Shown here: piece after piece, positions 6,702-14,826 of the stretch | Position numbering within the stretch: the stretch's first letter is position 1 | Layout: every line of letters starts with the position of its first letter | From: a virus | Strand: one strand, 5' to 3' | Length of the DNA stretch: 15,527 bases | UHGV virus genome: UHGV-1646100 | The notes under the pieces: model-generated | Seen by the model: only the letters and a program-made list of their open reading frames with translations | Told to the model about the DNA's origin: nothing | The model's database searches: none | Made by a program: the position numbers and the translations under genes

Positions 6702-7283
6702 TTACTTGTTTTTGCCATGCTTATCCTGAGCGATAAGTTCATCCATAAGGCTGTCTGCCTTCCCGGCAAACCTAATGTAGCACTCATGTCTATAGCTTTC
6801 AGGGATAACGAAACGGTCGGTATCAGGATATCCAACAGCAGGAGGCCTTCGAACGAGGAGTCCTTTTTTGAGCAATGAAATTGATTCATGAGCGCCCTTT
6901 TCCGTTTGTAGCTGGTTATTAGCGGCTACAGCGAATGCCAAATACGCTCTTTCTCCAAGAGTTAACGAATCAAACAAATCTTGCACATATTTTTCTTCTT
7001 TAGATTTGCGCTTCTGAGCAGCGAATACCTCAATTCTTTCAGTCACAGCGTGATAAGCGGAATTAACAACGCCGTTAAGCACATAGCTAACGCAAAACAA
7101 CAGGATGTAATACATCCAGTAATGAGGAAGGATTTCTGGACTATGCAGGTTTATCCATTCTTTTACGCTTACCGGCATAACAATAATCAATATGATCAGG
7201 ATGATTAGCATATGAATCAACTGTTTAAGTGTCATTCCTTGCAGGAAAAAATGCATTAGTTCCTGCCACCATGAGTTGTTCAT
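6702..7283 (-). CDS. sieB: superinfection exclusion protein B (SieB)
   Basis: 193-aa ORF MNNSWWQELMHFFLQGMTLKQLIHMLIILIILIIVMPVSVKEW… with an N-terminal membrane segment; recognised as SieB of P22/lambda type. It is antisense to the PL operon between N and ral. Confidence 0.8.
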   Translation of the reverse strand: MNNSWWQELMHFFLQGMTLKQLIHMLIILIILIIVMPVSVKEWINLHSPEILPHYWMYYILLFCVSYVLNGVVNSAYHAVTERIEVFAAQKRKSKEEKYVQDLFDSLTLGERAYLAFAVAANNQLQTEKGAHESISLLKKGLLVRRPPAVGYPDTDRFVIPESYRHECYIRFAGKADSLMDELIAQDKHGKNK

Positions 7284-7426
7284 CGGCGTTTCTCTTTTGC
7301 TCTCTGTAGGGGTGAATAGAGTTTATCCGATTTCTCGTTGTAGGGGTACACGAGAACCACCGAGCCTGATGTGGTTAAAAGACAGGCACAATCTTTACTA
7401 CCGCAATCCACTATTTAAGGTGATAT

Positions 7427-7513
7427 ATGGAAGAAGAATTTGAAGAGTTCGAAGAGCATCCTCAAGATGTGATGGAACAATACCAGGACTATCCGTATGA
7501 CTACGACTATTGA
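7427..7513 (+). CDS. small acidic ORF (lambda orf28-like position)
   Basis: 28 codons, MEEEFEEFEEHPQDVMEQYQDYPYDYDY. Overlaps the ral start. Not in the ORF track because it is under 60 aa. Low confidence that it is expressed. Confidence 0.3.
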   Translation: MEEEFEEFEEHPQDVMEQYQDYPYDYDY

Positions 7514-7697
7514 TACAAATCAATGGTGTGGACAATTCAAACGATGCAATGGATGCAAGCTGCAATCGGAATGCATGGTTAAGCCTGAAGAAATGTTTCC
7601 TGTAATGGAAGATGGGAAATATGTCGATAAATGGGCAATACGAACGACGGCAATGATTGCCAGAGAACTTGGTAAACAGAACAACAAAGCTGCCTGA
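7497..7697 (+). CDS. ral: Ral restriction-alleviation protein
   Basis: 66-aa ORF MTTTIDTNQWCGQFKRCNGCKLQSECMVKPEEMFPVMEDGKYVDKWAIRTTAMIARELGKQNNKAA recognised as lambda Ral. Confidence 0.9.
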   Translation: MTTTIDTNQWCGQFKRCNGCKLQSECMVKPEEMFPVMEDGKYVDKWAIRTTAMIARELGKQNNKAA

Positions 7698-7833
7698 TAG
7701 TGGCCTTTATTTTTGGCATAAATAACAGAATAAACACTGCACTGTGTATTCATTCCAACGAGTGAATACACGGAGCAATGTCGCTCGTAACTAAACAGGA
7801 GCCGACTTGTTCTGATTATTGGAAATCTTCTTT

Positions 7834-7860
7834 GCCCTCCAGTGTGAGGGCGATTTTTTA
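7834..7860 (+). terminator. rho-independent terminator between ral and ea10
   Basis: Stem gccctc/gagggc (7834-7839 and 7846-7851) with loop cagtgt, followed by gatttttta. Confidence 0.7.
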
Positions 7861-7879
7861 TCTATGAGGATATGAATAG

Positions 7880-8248
7880 ATGTCAAACATCAAAAAATAC
7901 ATCATTGATTACGACTGGAAAGCATCAATAGAAATTGAAATTGACCATGACGTAATGACAGAGGAAAAACTTCACCAGATTAATAATTTCTGGTCAGACT
8001 CTGAATACCGACTCAATAAACACGGCTCTGTATTAAATGCTGTATTAATCATGCTGGCGCAACATGCTCTGCTTATAGCAATTTCAAGCGACTTAAATGC
8101 ATATGGTGTTGTGTGTGAGTTCGACTGGAATGATGGAAATGGTCAGGAAGGATGGCCTCCAATGGATGGTAGTGAAGGAATAAGAATTACCGATATCGAT
8201 ACATCAGGAATATTTGATTCAGATGATATGACTATCAAGGCCGCCTGA
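7880..8248 (+). CDS. ea10: Ea10-like protein
   Basis: 122-aa ORF MSNIKKYIIDYDWKASIEIEIDHDVMTEEKLHQINNFWSDSEYRLNKHGSVLNAVLIMLAQH… recognised as lambda Ea10. Confidence 0.85.
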   Translation: MSNIKKYIIDYDWKASIEIEIDHDVMTEEKLHQINNFWSDSEYRLNKHGSVLNAVLIMLAQHALLIAISSDLNAYGVVCEFDWNDGNGQEGWPPMDGSEGIRITDIDTSGIFDSDDMTIKAA

Positions 8249-8320
8249 GCGCGGCGTTACCGCATACCAATTACGCTTCACTCGAGGCGTTTTTCGTTAT
8301 GTATAAATAAGGAGCACACC

Positions 8321-8485
8321 ATGCAATATGCCATTGCAGGGTGGCCTGTTGCTGGCTGCCCTTCCGAATCTTTACTTGAACGAATCACCCGTAAATTACG
8401 TGACGGATGGAAACGCCTTATCGACATACTTAATCAGCCAGGAGTCCCAAAAAATGGATCAAACAATTATGGCTATCCAGACTAA
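8321..8485 (+). CDS. cIII: CIII (FtsH inhibitor that stabilises CII)
   Basis: 54-codon ORF not in the track (under 60 aa): [54 protein letters not shown]. Recognised as lambda CIII. TAAGGAG lies 7 nt upstream. Confidence 0.9.
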   Translation: MQYAIAGWPVAGCPSESLLERITRKLRDGWKRLIDILNQPGVPKNGSNNYGYPD

Positions 8486-8597
8486 ATTCACTATCGCCAC
8501 TTTTATTGGCGATGAAAAGATGTTTCGTGAGGCCGTCGACGCTTATAAAAAATGGATATTAATACTGAAACTGAGATCAAGCAAAAGCATTCACTAA
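8454..8597 (+). CDS. kil: Kil (host-killing, cell-division inhibitor)
   Basis: Internal Met of track ORF 8328..8597 gives a 47-aa protein [47 protein letters not shown], recognised as lambda Kil. CCAGGAG lies upstream. Overlaps the 3' end of cIII in another frame, as in lambda. Confidence 0.85.
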   Translation: MDQTIMAIQTKFTIATFIGDEKMFREAVDAYKKWILILKLRSSKSIH

Positions 8598-8672
8598 CCC
8601 CCTTTCCTGTTTTCCTAATCAGCCTGGCATTTCGCGGGCGATATTTTCACAGCCATTTTCAGGAGTTCAGCC

Positions 8673-8969
8673 ATGAACGCTTATTACATTCAGGATCGTC
8701 TTGAGGCTCAGAGCTGGGCGCGTCACTACCAGCAGATCGCCCGTGAAGAGAAAGAGGCAGAACTGGCAGACGACATGGAAAAAGGCCTGCCCCAGCACCT
8801 GTTTGAATCGCTATGCATCGATCATTTACAACGCCACGGGGCCAGCAAAAAAGCCATTACCCGTGCGTTTGATGACGATGTTGAGTTTCAGGAGCGCATG
8901 GCAGAACACATCCGGTACATAGTTGAAACCATTGCTCACCATCAGGCTGATATTGATTCAGAGGTATAA
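8673..8969 (+). CDS. gam: Gam (RecBCD inhibitor), short GamS-type form
   Basis: 98-aa [59 protein letters not shown]… recognised as lambda GamS. AGGAG lies upstream. Confidence 0.92.
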   Translation: MNAYYIQDRLEAQSWARHYQQIAREEKEAELADDMEKGLPQHLFESLCIDHLQRHGASKKAITRAFDDDVEFQERMAEHIRYIVETIAHHQADIDSEV

Positions 8970-8974
8970 AACGG

Positions 8975-9760
8975 ATGAGTACAGCACTCGCAACGCTGGC
9001 AGGGAAGCTGGCTGAACGTGTCGGCATGGATTCTGTCGACCCACAGGAACTGATCACCACTCTTCGCCAGACGGCATTTAAAGGTGATGCCAGCGATGCG
9101 CAGTTCATCGCATTGTTGATCGTCGCCAACCAGTACGGCCTTAATCCGTGGACGAAAGAAATTTACGCCTTCCCTGATAAGCAGAACGGCATTGTTCCGG
9201 TGGTGGGCGTTGATGGCTGGTCCCGCATCATCAATGAAAACCAGCAGTTTGATGGTATGGACTTTGAGCAGGACAATGAATCATGTACATGCCGGATTTA
9301 CCGCAAAGACCGCAATCATCCGATCTGCGTTACCGAGTGGATGGATGAATGCCGCCGCGAACCATTCAAAACCCGCGAAGGCAGAGAAATCACGGGGCCG
9401 TGGCAGTCGCATCCCAAACGGATGTTACGGCATAAAGCCATGATTCAGTGTGCCCGTCTCGCCTTCGGATTTGCTGGTATCTATGACAAGGATGAAGCCG
9501 AGCGCATTGTCGAAAATACCGCATACACTGCAGAACGTCAGCCGGAACGCGACATCACTCCGGTTAACGATGAAACCATGCAGGAGATTAACACTCTGCT
9601 GATCGCCCTGGATAAAACATGGGATGACGACTTATTGCCGCTCTGTTCCCAGATATTTCGCCGCGACATTCGCGCATCGTCAGAACTGACACAGGCCGAA
9701 GCAGTGAAAGCTCTTGGATTCCTGAAACAGAAAGCCACTGAGCAGAAGGTGGCAGCATGA
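8975..9760 (+). CDS. bet: Bet (Red-beta single-strand annealing recombinase)
   Basis: 261-aa [62 protein letters not shown]… recognised as lambda Bet. Confidence 0.95.
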   Translation: MSTALATLAGKLAERVGMDSVDPQELITTLRQTAFKGDASDAQFIALLIVANQYGLNPWTKEIYAFPDKQNGIVPVVGVDGWSRIINENQQFDGMDFEQDNESCTCRIYRKDRNHPICVTEWMDECRREPFKTREGREITGPWQSHPKRMLRHKAMIQCARLAFGFAGIYDKDEAERIVENTAYTAERQPERDITPVNDETMQEINTLLIALDKTWDDDLLPLCSQIFRRDIRASSELTQAEAVKALGFLKQKATEQKVAA

Positions 9761-10437
9761 CACCGGACATTATCCTGCAGCGTACCGGGATCGACGTGAG
9801 AGCTGTCGAACAGGGGGATGATGCATGGCACAAATTACGGCTCGGCGTCATCACCGCTTCAGAAGTTCACAACGTGATAGCAAAACCCCGCTCCGGAAAG
9901 AAATGGCCTGACATGAAAATGTCCTACTTCCACACCCTGCTTGCTGAGGTTTGCACCGGTGTGGCTCCGGAAGTTAACGCTAAGGCGCTGGCTTGGGGAA
10001 AACAGTACGAGAACGACGCCAGAGCCCTGTTTGAGTTTACTTCCGGCGTGAATGTTACTGAATCCCCGATCATCTATCGCGACGAAAGTATGCGCACCGC
10101 CTGCTCTCCCGATGGTTTATGCAGTGACGGCAACGGCCTTGAGCTGAAATGCCCGTTTACCTCCCGGGATTTCATGAAGTTCCGGCTCGGTGGTTTCGAG
10201 GCCATAAAATCGGCTTACATGGCCCAGGTGCAGTACAGCATGTGGGTGACGCGAAAAGATGCCTGGTACTTTGCCAACTATGACCCGCGTATGAAGCGTG
10301 AAGGACTGCATTATGTCGTGGTTGAGCGGGATGAAAAGTACATGGCGAGTTTTGACGAGATGGTGCCGGAGTTCATCGAAAAAATGGACGAGGCACTGGC
10401 TGAAATTAGTTTTGTATTTGGGGAGCAATGGCGATGA
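9757..10437 (+). CDS. exo: Exo (lambda 5'-3' exonuclease, Red-alpha)
   Basis: 226-aa [68 protein letters not shown]… recognised as lambda Exo. Start overlaps the bet stop. Confidence 0.95.
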   Translation: MTPDIILQRTGIDVRAVEQGDDAWHKLRLGVITASEVHNVIAKPRSGKKWPDMKMSYFHTLLAEVCTGVAPEVNAKALAWGKQYENDARALFEFTSGVNVTESPIIYRDESMRTACSPDGLCSDGNGLELKCPFTSRDFMKFRLGGFEAIKSAYMAQVQYSMWVTRKDAWYFANYDPRMKREGLHYVVVERDEKYMASFDEMVPEFIEKMDEALAEISFVFGEQWR

Positions 10438-10616
10438 CGCATCCTCACGATAATATCCGGGTAGGCGCGATCACTTTCGTCTACTCCGTTACAAAGCGAG
10501 GCTGGGTATTTCCCGGCCTTTCTGTTATCAGAAATCCACTGAAAGCACAGCGGCTGGCTGAGAAGATAAATAATAAACGGGAGGCGGTATGCACAAAGCA
10601 TCTCCTGTTGAGTTAA
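10434..10616 (+). CDS. lambda orf60a-like hypothetical protein
   Basis: The ATG at 10434 overlaps the exo stop (ATGA) and gives exactly 60 aa: [60 protein letters not shown]. Confidence 0.75.
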   Translation: MTHPHDNIRVGAITFVYSVTKRGWVFPGLSVIRNPLKAQRLAEKINNKREAVCTKHLLLS

Positions 10617-10780
10617 GAACGAGTATTGAGATGGCACATAGCCTTGCTCAAATTGGAGTCAGGTTTGTGCCAATACCAGTAGAAACAGACGAAGAATTTC
10701 ATACGTTAGCCGCATCCCTTTCACAAAAGCTGGAAATGATGGTGGCGAAAGCAGAAGCAGATGAGAGAGACCAGGTATGA
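10589..10780 (+). CDS. lambda orf63-like hypothetical protein
   Basis: 63-aa [66 protein letters not shown]. Position and length match lambda orf63. Confidence 0.75.
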   Translation: MHKASPVELRTSIEMAHSLAQIGVRFVPIPVETDEEFHTLAASLSQKLEMMVAKAEADERDQV

Positions 10781-10860
10781 CAACCACTGAATGCATTTTT
10801 CTGGCAGCGGGCTTCATATTCTGTGTGCTTATGCTTGCCGACATGGGGCTTGTTCAGTGA
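10777..10860 (+). CDS. putative small hydrophobic peptide (27 aa)
   Basis: ATG 10777 overlaps the orf63 stop (ATGA). Encodes MTTTECIFLAAGFIFCVLMLADMGLVQ, a single predicted transmembrane-like segment. Its stop overlaps a GTG start of the next ORF (GTGA). Not in the ORF track (under 60 aa). Confidence 0.35.
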   Translation: MTTTECIFLAAGFIFCVLMLADMGLVQ

Positions 10861-11072
10861 CACCTCAGCAAGAAAACGCCCTTCGCAGCATTGCCCGTCA
10901 GGCTAATTCTGAAATCAAAAAAGCCAGACAGCAGTTTCCGGATAAAAACGTCGATGACATTTGCCGTAGCGTACTAAAGAAGCACCGCGAAACGGTAACG
11001 CTGATGGGATTCACACCGACTCATTTAAGCCTGGCGATCGGCATGTTAAACGGCGTCTTTAAGGAACGGTGA
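10857..11072 (+). CDS. hypothetical protein (lambda orf61-region)
   Basis: C-terminal part of track ORF 10791..11072. Start is uncertain: GTG at 10857 is coupled to the upstream small ORF, or ATG at 10791. Protein …VTPQQENALRSIARQANSEIKKARQQFPDKNVDDICRSVLKKHRETVTLMGF…. Confidence 0.5.
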   Translation: MTPQQENALRSIARQANSEIKKARQQFPDKNVDDICRSVLKKHRETVTLMGFTPTHLSLAIGMLNGVFKER

Positions 11073-11170
11073 ACATGAAAAGCAAAATCATCAGGGAGCT
11101 ACAGGCTCCTTTTTTATTATTCGCATTCACCCTCAAGCGTATTAACCAACAATTCAGGGATTAATGAAAG

Positions 11171-11392
11171 ATGGCGGACATCATTGATTCAGCATCAGAA
11201 ATTGAAGAATTACAGCGCAATACAGCAATAAAAATGCGTCGTCTGAACTACCAGACTATATCCGCCACTCATTGTTGTGAGTGTGGCGATCCCATAGATG
11301 AACGAAGACGCCTGGTCGTTCAGGGTTGTCGGACTTGTGCAAGTTGCCAGGAGGATCTGGAGCTTATCAGTAAACAGAGAGGTTCGAAGTGA
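11171..11392 (+). CDS. TraR/DksA-family C4 zinc-finger protein (lambda Orf73-like)
   Basis: 73-aa ORF with CxxC…CxxC (…ATHCCECGDPIDERRRLVVQGCRTCASCQ…), typical of TraR-like RNA-polymerase-binding proteins. Confidence 0.8.
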   Translation: MADIIDSASEIEELQRNTAIKMRRLNYQTISATHCCECGDPIDERRRLVVQGCRTCASCQEDLELISKQRGSK

Positions 11393-12153
11393 GCGAAATT
11401 AACTATCAGGCACTGCGTGAAGCGGCAGAAAAAGCAACGTGTGGTGAGTGGTCGCTCGAATATGGAGAGAGCCGATTTGATGGTGATTATGCGCTAATTC
11501 ATCGTGAAGTTGCTGGATATATTCCCATTTGCAGAATTGAAGGAGCGCATCCAGAAAGCGGTTTCGATGAAGATTTCCAAATGGAACAGCAGGCCAATGC
11601 TGAATTCATCGCCGCAGCCAATCCGGCTACTGTGCTGGCACTGCTGGATGAACGGGAAAGAAACCAGCAATACATAAAACGCCGCGACCAGGAGAACGAG
11701 GATATTGCTCTTACTGTTGGGAAGCTGAGAGTTGAGCTTGAGGAGACAAAATCAAAACTCAACGAGCAGCGTGAGTATTACGAAGGTGTTATCTCGGATG
11801 GGGGTAAGCGTATTGCTGAACTGGAGAAAAGCGAAGAGCAACTCATTAACGAGCGTGACCATGCTGAATCTGCTTTAGCAGATATGTACTTTGCAGCAAC
11901 CGGGGATGAGCCGGAGTGGAGCAACTGGTTCGGCTTTTCAGATGCTGTCGATGCCGTGGTTGACAGAATTGCTGATTTAGAAGCTAAACAGCCATCACCA
12001 GTAGTACCGGAAGGACTGGTTAAAGCAGTGCGCTTCTATGAACAGGTTAAGCGTGAAAATCCACCAGTCGAAACAGAGGCATGGAAAGACGCTATTGACT
12101 GGGTGCTCAAAGAGTCTTGTCAGGCTGTAAACATTGATACCAATGGAGATTGA
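11389..12153 (+). CDS. Ea22-like family protein (coiled-coil centre)
   Basis: 254-aa ORF MSEINYQALREAAEKATCGEWSLEYGESRFDGDYALIHREVAGYIPICRIEGAHPESGF… with a central charged, coiled-coil-like segment. Position between orf73 and xis. Family assignment is from memory only. Confidence 0.55.
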   Translation: MSEINYQALREAAEKATCGEWSLEYGESRFDGDYALIHREVAGYIPICRIEGAHPESGFDEDFQMEQQANAEFIAAANPATVLALLDERERNQQYIKRRDQENEDIALTVGKLRVELEETKSKLNEQREYYEGVISDGGKRIAELEKSEEQLINERDHAESALADMYFAATGDEPEWSNWFGFSDAVDAVVDRIADLEAKQPSPVVPEGLVKAVRFYEQVKRENPPVETEAWKDAIDWVLKESCQAVNIDTNGD

Positions 12154-12154
12154 T

Positions 12155-12409
12155 ATGAGCACTTTTACCGACAAAGAACTGATTAAAGAAATCAAAGAGC
12201 GTATCAGCAGTTTGGATGTGCGAGACAATGTTGAGCGCCGGGCTTATGAAATTGCTCTGGCATCGCTGGAAGAGAATCCGGTGGCATGGCTGCATTCAGA
12301 CAATGGCTTAGGTATTCCGGCAATAACGAGGAGTAAAAACATTGCTGACAGTTGGTTATCAAAGGGTTGGTATGTTCAGCCGCTATATATGCCAAGCCAG
12401 TGCCAGTAG
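12155..12409 (+). CDS. hypothetical protein, Ea22-like N-terminal module (possibly the 5' part of a frame-disrupted gene)
   Basis: ATG 12155 with GGAG 6 nt upstream. Protein MSTFTDKELIKEIKERISSLDVRDNVERRAYEIALASLEENPVAWL… shares the …IALASLE… module with ORF 13168..13908. It overlaps the next ORF, which is in the -1 frame. Confidence 0.5.
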   Translation: MSTFTDKELIKEIKERISSLDVRDNVERRAYEIALASLEENPVAWLHSDNGLGIPAITRSKNIADSWLSKGWYVQPLYMPSQCQ

Positions 12410-12960
12410 TACCTGAAGAAAAACCAATGCCTAACCCTCTTAGCATGTACGCGGTCGATGCTGTTGCCGCTATTGCAGAGGTGAGAGGCTGGAACGCCTG
12501 CCGCGCGGCTATGCTTCATGCCGGAAACTTTCGGGAAAACGCGAATTCGTCAACCAATAATTTTCGGGAAATTTCGGAAACGTCAACCAACTCTCCGGTA
12601 ATTCCTGGTGAGGTGTTGTCCGCAATCCTGAAATTTGCCAGAGTTCGTGCTGATTTCGATGATTTTGACGGCGACAGGCGAGGTATCGGTGATTGTCTGG
12701 ATGAGGCTGAGCAAGAGCTTATCGTTACCATTAACAAATATGCCAGTCAGTTGGCAGCAGAACCGATAGCGACTAATGACGTTCGAGAGCAGCAGACAGC
12801 CGTTCCGCCAGTTCCTGTAATACAGGCTGATGTCGCGCAAGCAATTGAAAATCTCAGGCAGAAGTTAGTGGAATGCAATCGCTATAACTACTGCGCAGAT
12901 GCAGTTAAGGGCGTAGAGGATGCCTGCCACGCTGCCATGCTTCAGGGAAAAAGAGAGTGA
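12352..12960 (+). CDS. hypothetical protein (Ea22-like C-terminal modules; start uncertain)
   Basis: 202-aa ORF containing an NSPVIPGEV module also present in ORF 13168..13908, and an internal tandem peptide repeat NFRENANSSTN / NFREISETSTN. It may be the downstream part of a frameshifted gene. Confidence 0.5.
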   Translation: MVIKGLVCSAAIYAKPVPVVPEEKPMPNPLSMYAVDAVAAIAEVRGWNACRAAMLHAGNFRENANSSTNNFREISETSTNSPVIPGEVLSAILKFARVRADFDDFDGDRRGIGDCLDEAEQELIVTINKYASQLAAEPIATNDVREQQTAVPPVPVIQADVAQAIENLRQKLVECNRYNYCADAVKGVEDACHAAMLQGKRE

Positions 12961-12961
12961 T

Positions 12962-13171
12962 ATGGCTATTGCCGCAAGTTACACCATGCATCTCTATTGT
13001 GATTGTCGCCAGTGTACGGAAGGTGTATATCCAGTGCCAGACTTCGGTGAGTATATCGGTACGTCATGGTCTGGTTGTGCAAAAGAGGCCCGTAAAGACG
13101 GGTGGCGAATAAGCAAAGACAAAACACGTACTTTTGCGCCCGGGCATAAAGTTTTGAGGATTAACACATGA
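12962..13171 (+). CDS. small cysteine-rich hypothetical protein
   Basis: Internal Met of track ORF 12920..13171, immediately after the upstream stop. 69 aa, MAIAASYTMHLYCDCRQCTEGVYPVPDFGEYIGTSWSGCAKEARKDGWRISKDK… Its stop overlaps the next ATG (ATGA). Confidence 0.5.
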   Translation: MAIAASYTMHLYCDCRQCTEGVYPVPDFGEYIGTSWSGCAKEARKDGWRISKDKTRTFAPGHKVLRINT

Positions 13172-13908
13172 CCACTATTACCAAAGAACGTATTGAATTG
13201 TTCATTAAAAATCCGCTTGAAAACGGGCTTACTCGTGGCGAACAAATGGAACTAGCACGAATTGCACTGGCATCACTGGAACGCGAACAGATTCGCCACG
13301 AGCATGCCAAATGGTCTGACTCCACATTTGGCTGCGTTGGCCCCATTGGTCCACTGAAACACCTCTCAAAAGAGGCACTGGAAGCCGCAGCCGAACCAGA
13401 CGATCTTAGCGAGTGGGCTGATATGCAGTTTCTGTTGTGGGATGCACAGCGCCGTGCTGGCATCAGCGATGCTGAAATTACCGTTGCTATGGAAGATAAA
13501 TTGAAGATCAACATGGAGCGCCAGTGGCCTGAGCCAAAAGATGGTGAGCCTCGCTTGCACATTAAAGAACCCGGCAACTCTCCGGTAATTCCGGATGGTT
13601 TATCCACGGTATGCGCTGAGGCTTATCAGGTTGTAGGAGTTATGGCAGATGCGCTTGGTGTATTCGGTGATGCAGCAGTACAGAAAGTTCTGGATAACCT
13701 GTCACAGCAAAAACTTGTTCACAGAGATGTGCTGCCGTTCTCGCTTCCGGTAACTCCGGATGGTTGGGTTATGGTTCCTAAACAGGTAACGCCGGAAATC
13801 AGCAACGCGATAAACGTTGTGGGTCAACGCTGTACATGCGGAAATTGCTCTCAGCGGTTGTGGGATTTATTACTCGACGCCACACAGCAAGGAGTTAACC
13901 GTGGCTAA
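13168..13908 (+). CDS. Ea22-like family protein
   Basis: 246-aa ORF MTTITKERIELFIKNPLENGLTRGEQMELARIALASLEREQIRHEHAKW… Shares the IALASLE and NSPVIPDG modules with upstream paralogues. Confidence 0.55.
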   Translation: MTTITKERIELFIKNPLENGLTRGEQMELARIALASLEREQIRHEHAKWSDSTFGCVGPIGPLKHLSKEALEAAAEPDDLSEWADMQFLLWDAQRRAGISDAEITVAMEDKLKINMERQWPEPKDGEPRLHIKEPGNSPVIPDGLSTVCAEAYQVVGVMADALGVFGDAAVQKVLDNLSQQKLVHRDVLPFSLPVTPDGWVMVPKQVTPEISNAINVVGQRCTCGNCSQRLWDLLLDATQQGVNRG

Positions 13909-14185
13909 CCTGCAACTTGCCGTTAAAGGTGAATACTTCGATGCCATGATTCGCGGAGAGAAAACGGAAGAGTATCGCCTGTGTAATGACTACTGGAAAA
14001 AGCGCCTCGTTAACCGTAAGCATGACCGCCTGATTATCACAAAGGGATATCCGAAGCGCGACGATTCCAGCCGCAGAGTTGATGTTCCGTATGACGGATA
14101 TGAAGTGAAGACAATCACACATCCGCACTTCGGTGATAAACCGGTAAAGGTATACGCGATAAAGGTAAATATCGGCACTGAATAA
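13901..14185 (+). CDS. ASCH-domain-like protein
   Basis: GTG 13901 with AAGGAG 7 nt upstream; alternatively TTG at 13817 as in the ORF track. Protein (M)ANLQLAVKGEYFDAMIRGEKTEEYRLCNDYWKKRL… resembles the ASCH/PUA-like N-terminal signature. Confidence 0.5.
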   Translation: MANLQLAVKGEYFDAMIRGEKTEEYRLCNDYWKKRLVNRKHDRLIITKGYPKRDDSSRRVDVPYDGYEVKTITHPHFGDKPVKVYAIKVNIGTE

Positions 14186-14210
14186 CAATCCGCACAACAC
14201 AAGGTCAAGA

Positions 14211-14450
14211 ATGTTCAGAGTGATTTACCCTAACACCTGGTACGTCGACCACCACGGCACTCCCTGCAAAATCCTGCGTTCCACTCACAACAAAGTTCAC
14301 TACATCCGAAAAGGCAGAACATGTATCGCCAGCATGTTCCGCTTTAATCATGACTTTGAACCTGTGAATAAAGCTGACGCAGATCGGATAGCTGAAGAGA
14401 TCGAAACAGCAGAACACATTAAGAAGTTACGTGCCATACGCAGGAAATAG
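14211..14450 (+). CDS. hypothetical protein
   Basis: 79-aa ORF MFRVIYPNTWYVDHHGTPCKILRSTHNKVHYIRKGRTCIASMFRFNHDFEPVNKADADRIAEEIETAEHIKKLRAIRRK. Co-directional with xis/int. No recognisable motif. Confidence 0.45.
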   Translation: MFRVIYPNTWYVDHHGTPCKILRSTHNKVHYIRKGRTCIASMFRFNHDFEPVNKADADRIAEEIETAEHIKKLRAIRRK

Positions 14451-14589
14451 AAAAATTGATAAATTCAATACTGCATTTCTCAGCATTAAATTTATCTCTA
14501 TGACCAGTCAAGAGATGTACCTGCCATGAGCTTAATATCATGTCAGATATATCGGTCACAAACTCCCTCAGCAGCTAAGAGGAGGACAA

Positions 14590-14826
14590 ATGTCTCGACT
14601 AATCACTTTACAGGACTGGGCTAAAGAAGAATTTGGGGACTTAGCACCAAGTGAGCGAGTTCTGAAAAAATACGCGCAAGGGAAAATGATGGCCCCACCC
14701 GCTATAAAAGTTGGTCGCTACTGGATGATTGACCGAAATTCCCGTTTTGTAGGAACGCTTGCAGAACCGCAACTCCCAATAAACGCAAACCCAAAACTCC
14801 AACGGATAATCGCTGATGGCTGCTAG
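14590..14826 (+). CDS. xis: excisionase (Xis-like DNA-binding protein)
   Basis: 78-aa ORF MSRLITLQDWAKEEFGDLAPSERVLKKYAQGKMMAPPAIKVGRYWMIDRNSRFVG… with a lambda/HK022 Xis-like pattern. Strong AAGAGGAGG RBS. Its stop overlaps the int start. Confidence 0.7.
   Translation: MSRLITLQDWAKEEFGDLAPSERVLKKYAQGKMMAPPAIKVGRYWMIDRNSRFVGTLAEPQLPINANPKLQRIIADGC

Noticed and set aside
6698-7208. ORFs 6698-6889(-) and 6981-7208(+) overlapping sieB
   Set aside because: They lie in alternative frames or opposite to the SieB coding sequence, which has a clear membrane-protein signature and is recognisably SieB.
8328-8597. 89-aa ORF from the track (MPLQGGLLLAAL…)
   Set aside because: The N-terminal 42 codons are the cIII gene read in the wrong frame. 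The real products are CIII (8321-8485, other frame) and the 47-aa Kil starting at the internal Met (8454).
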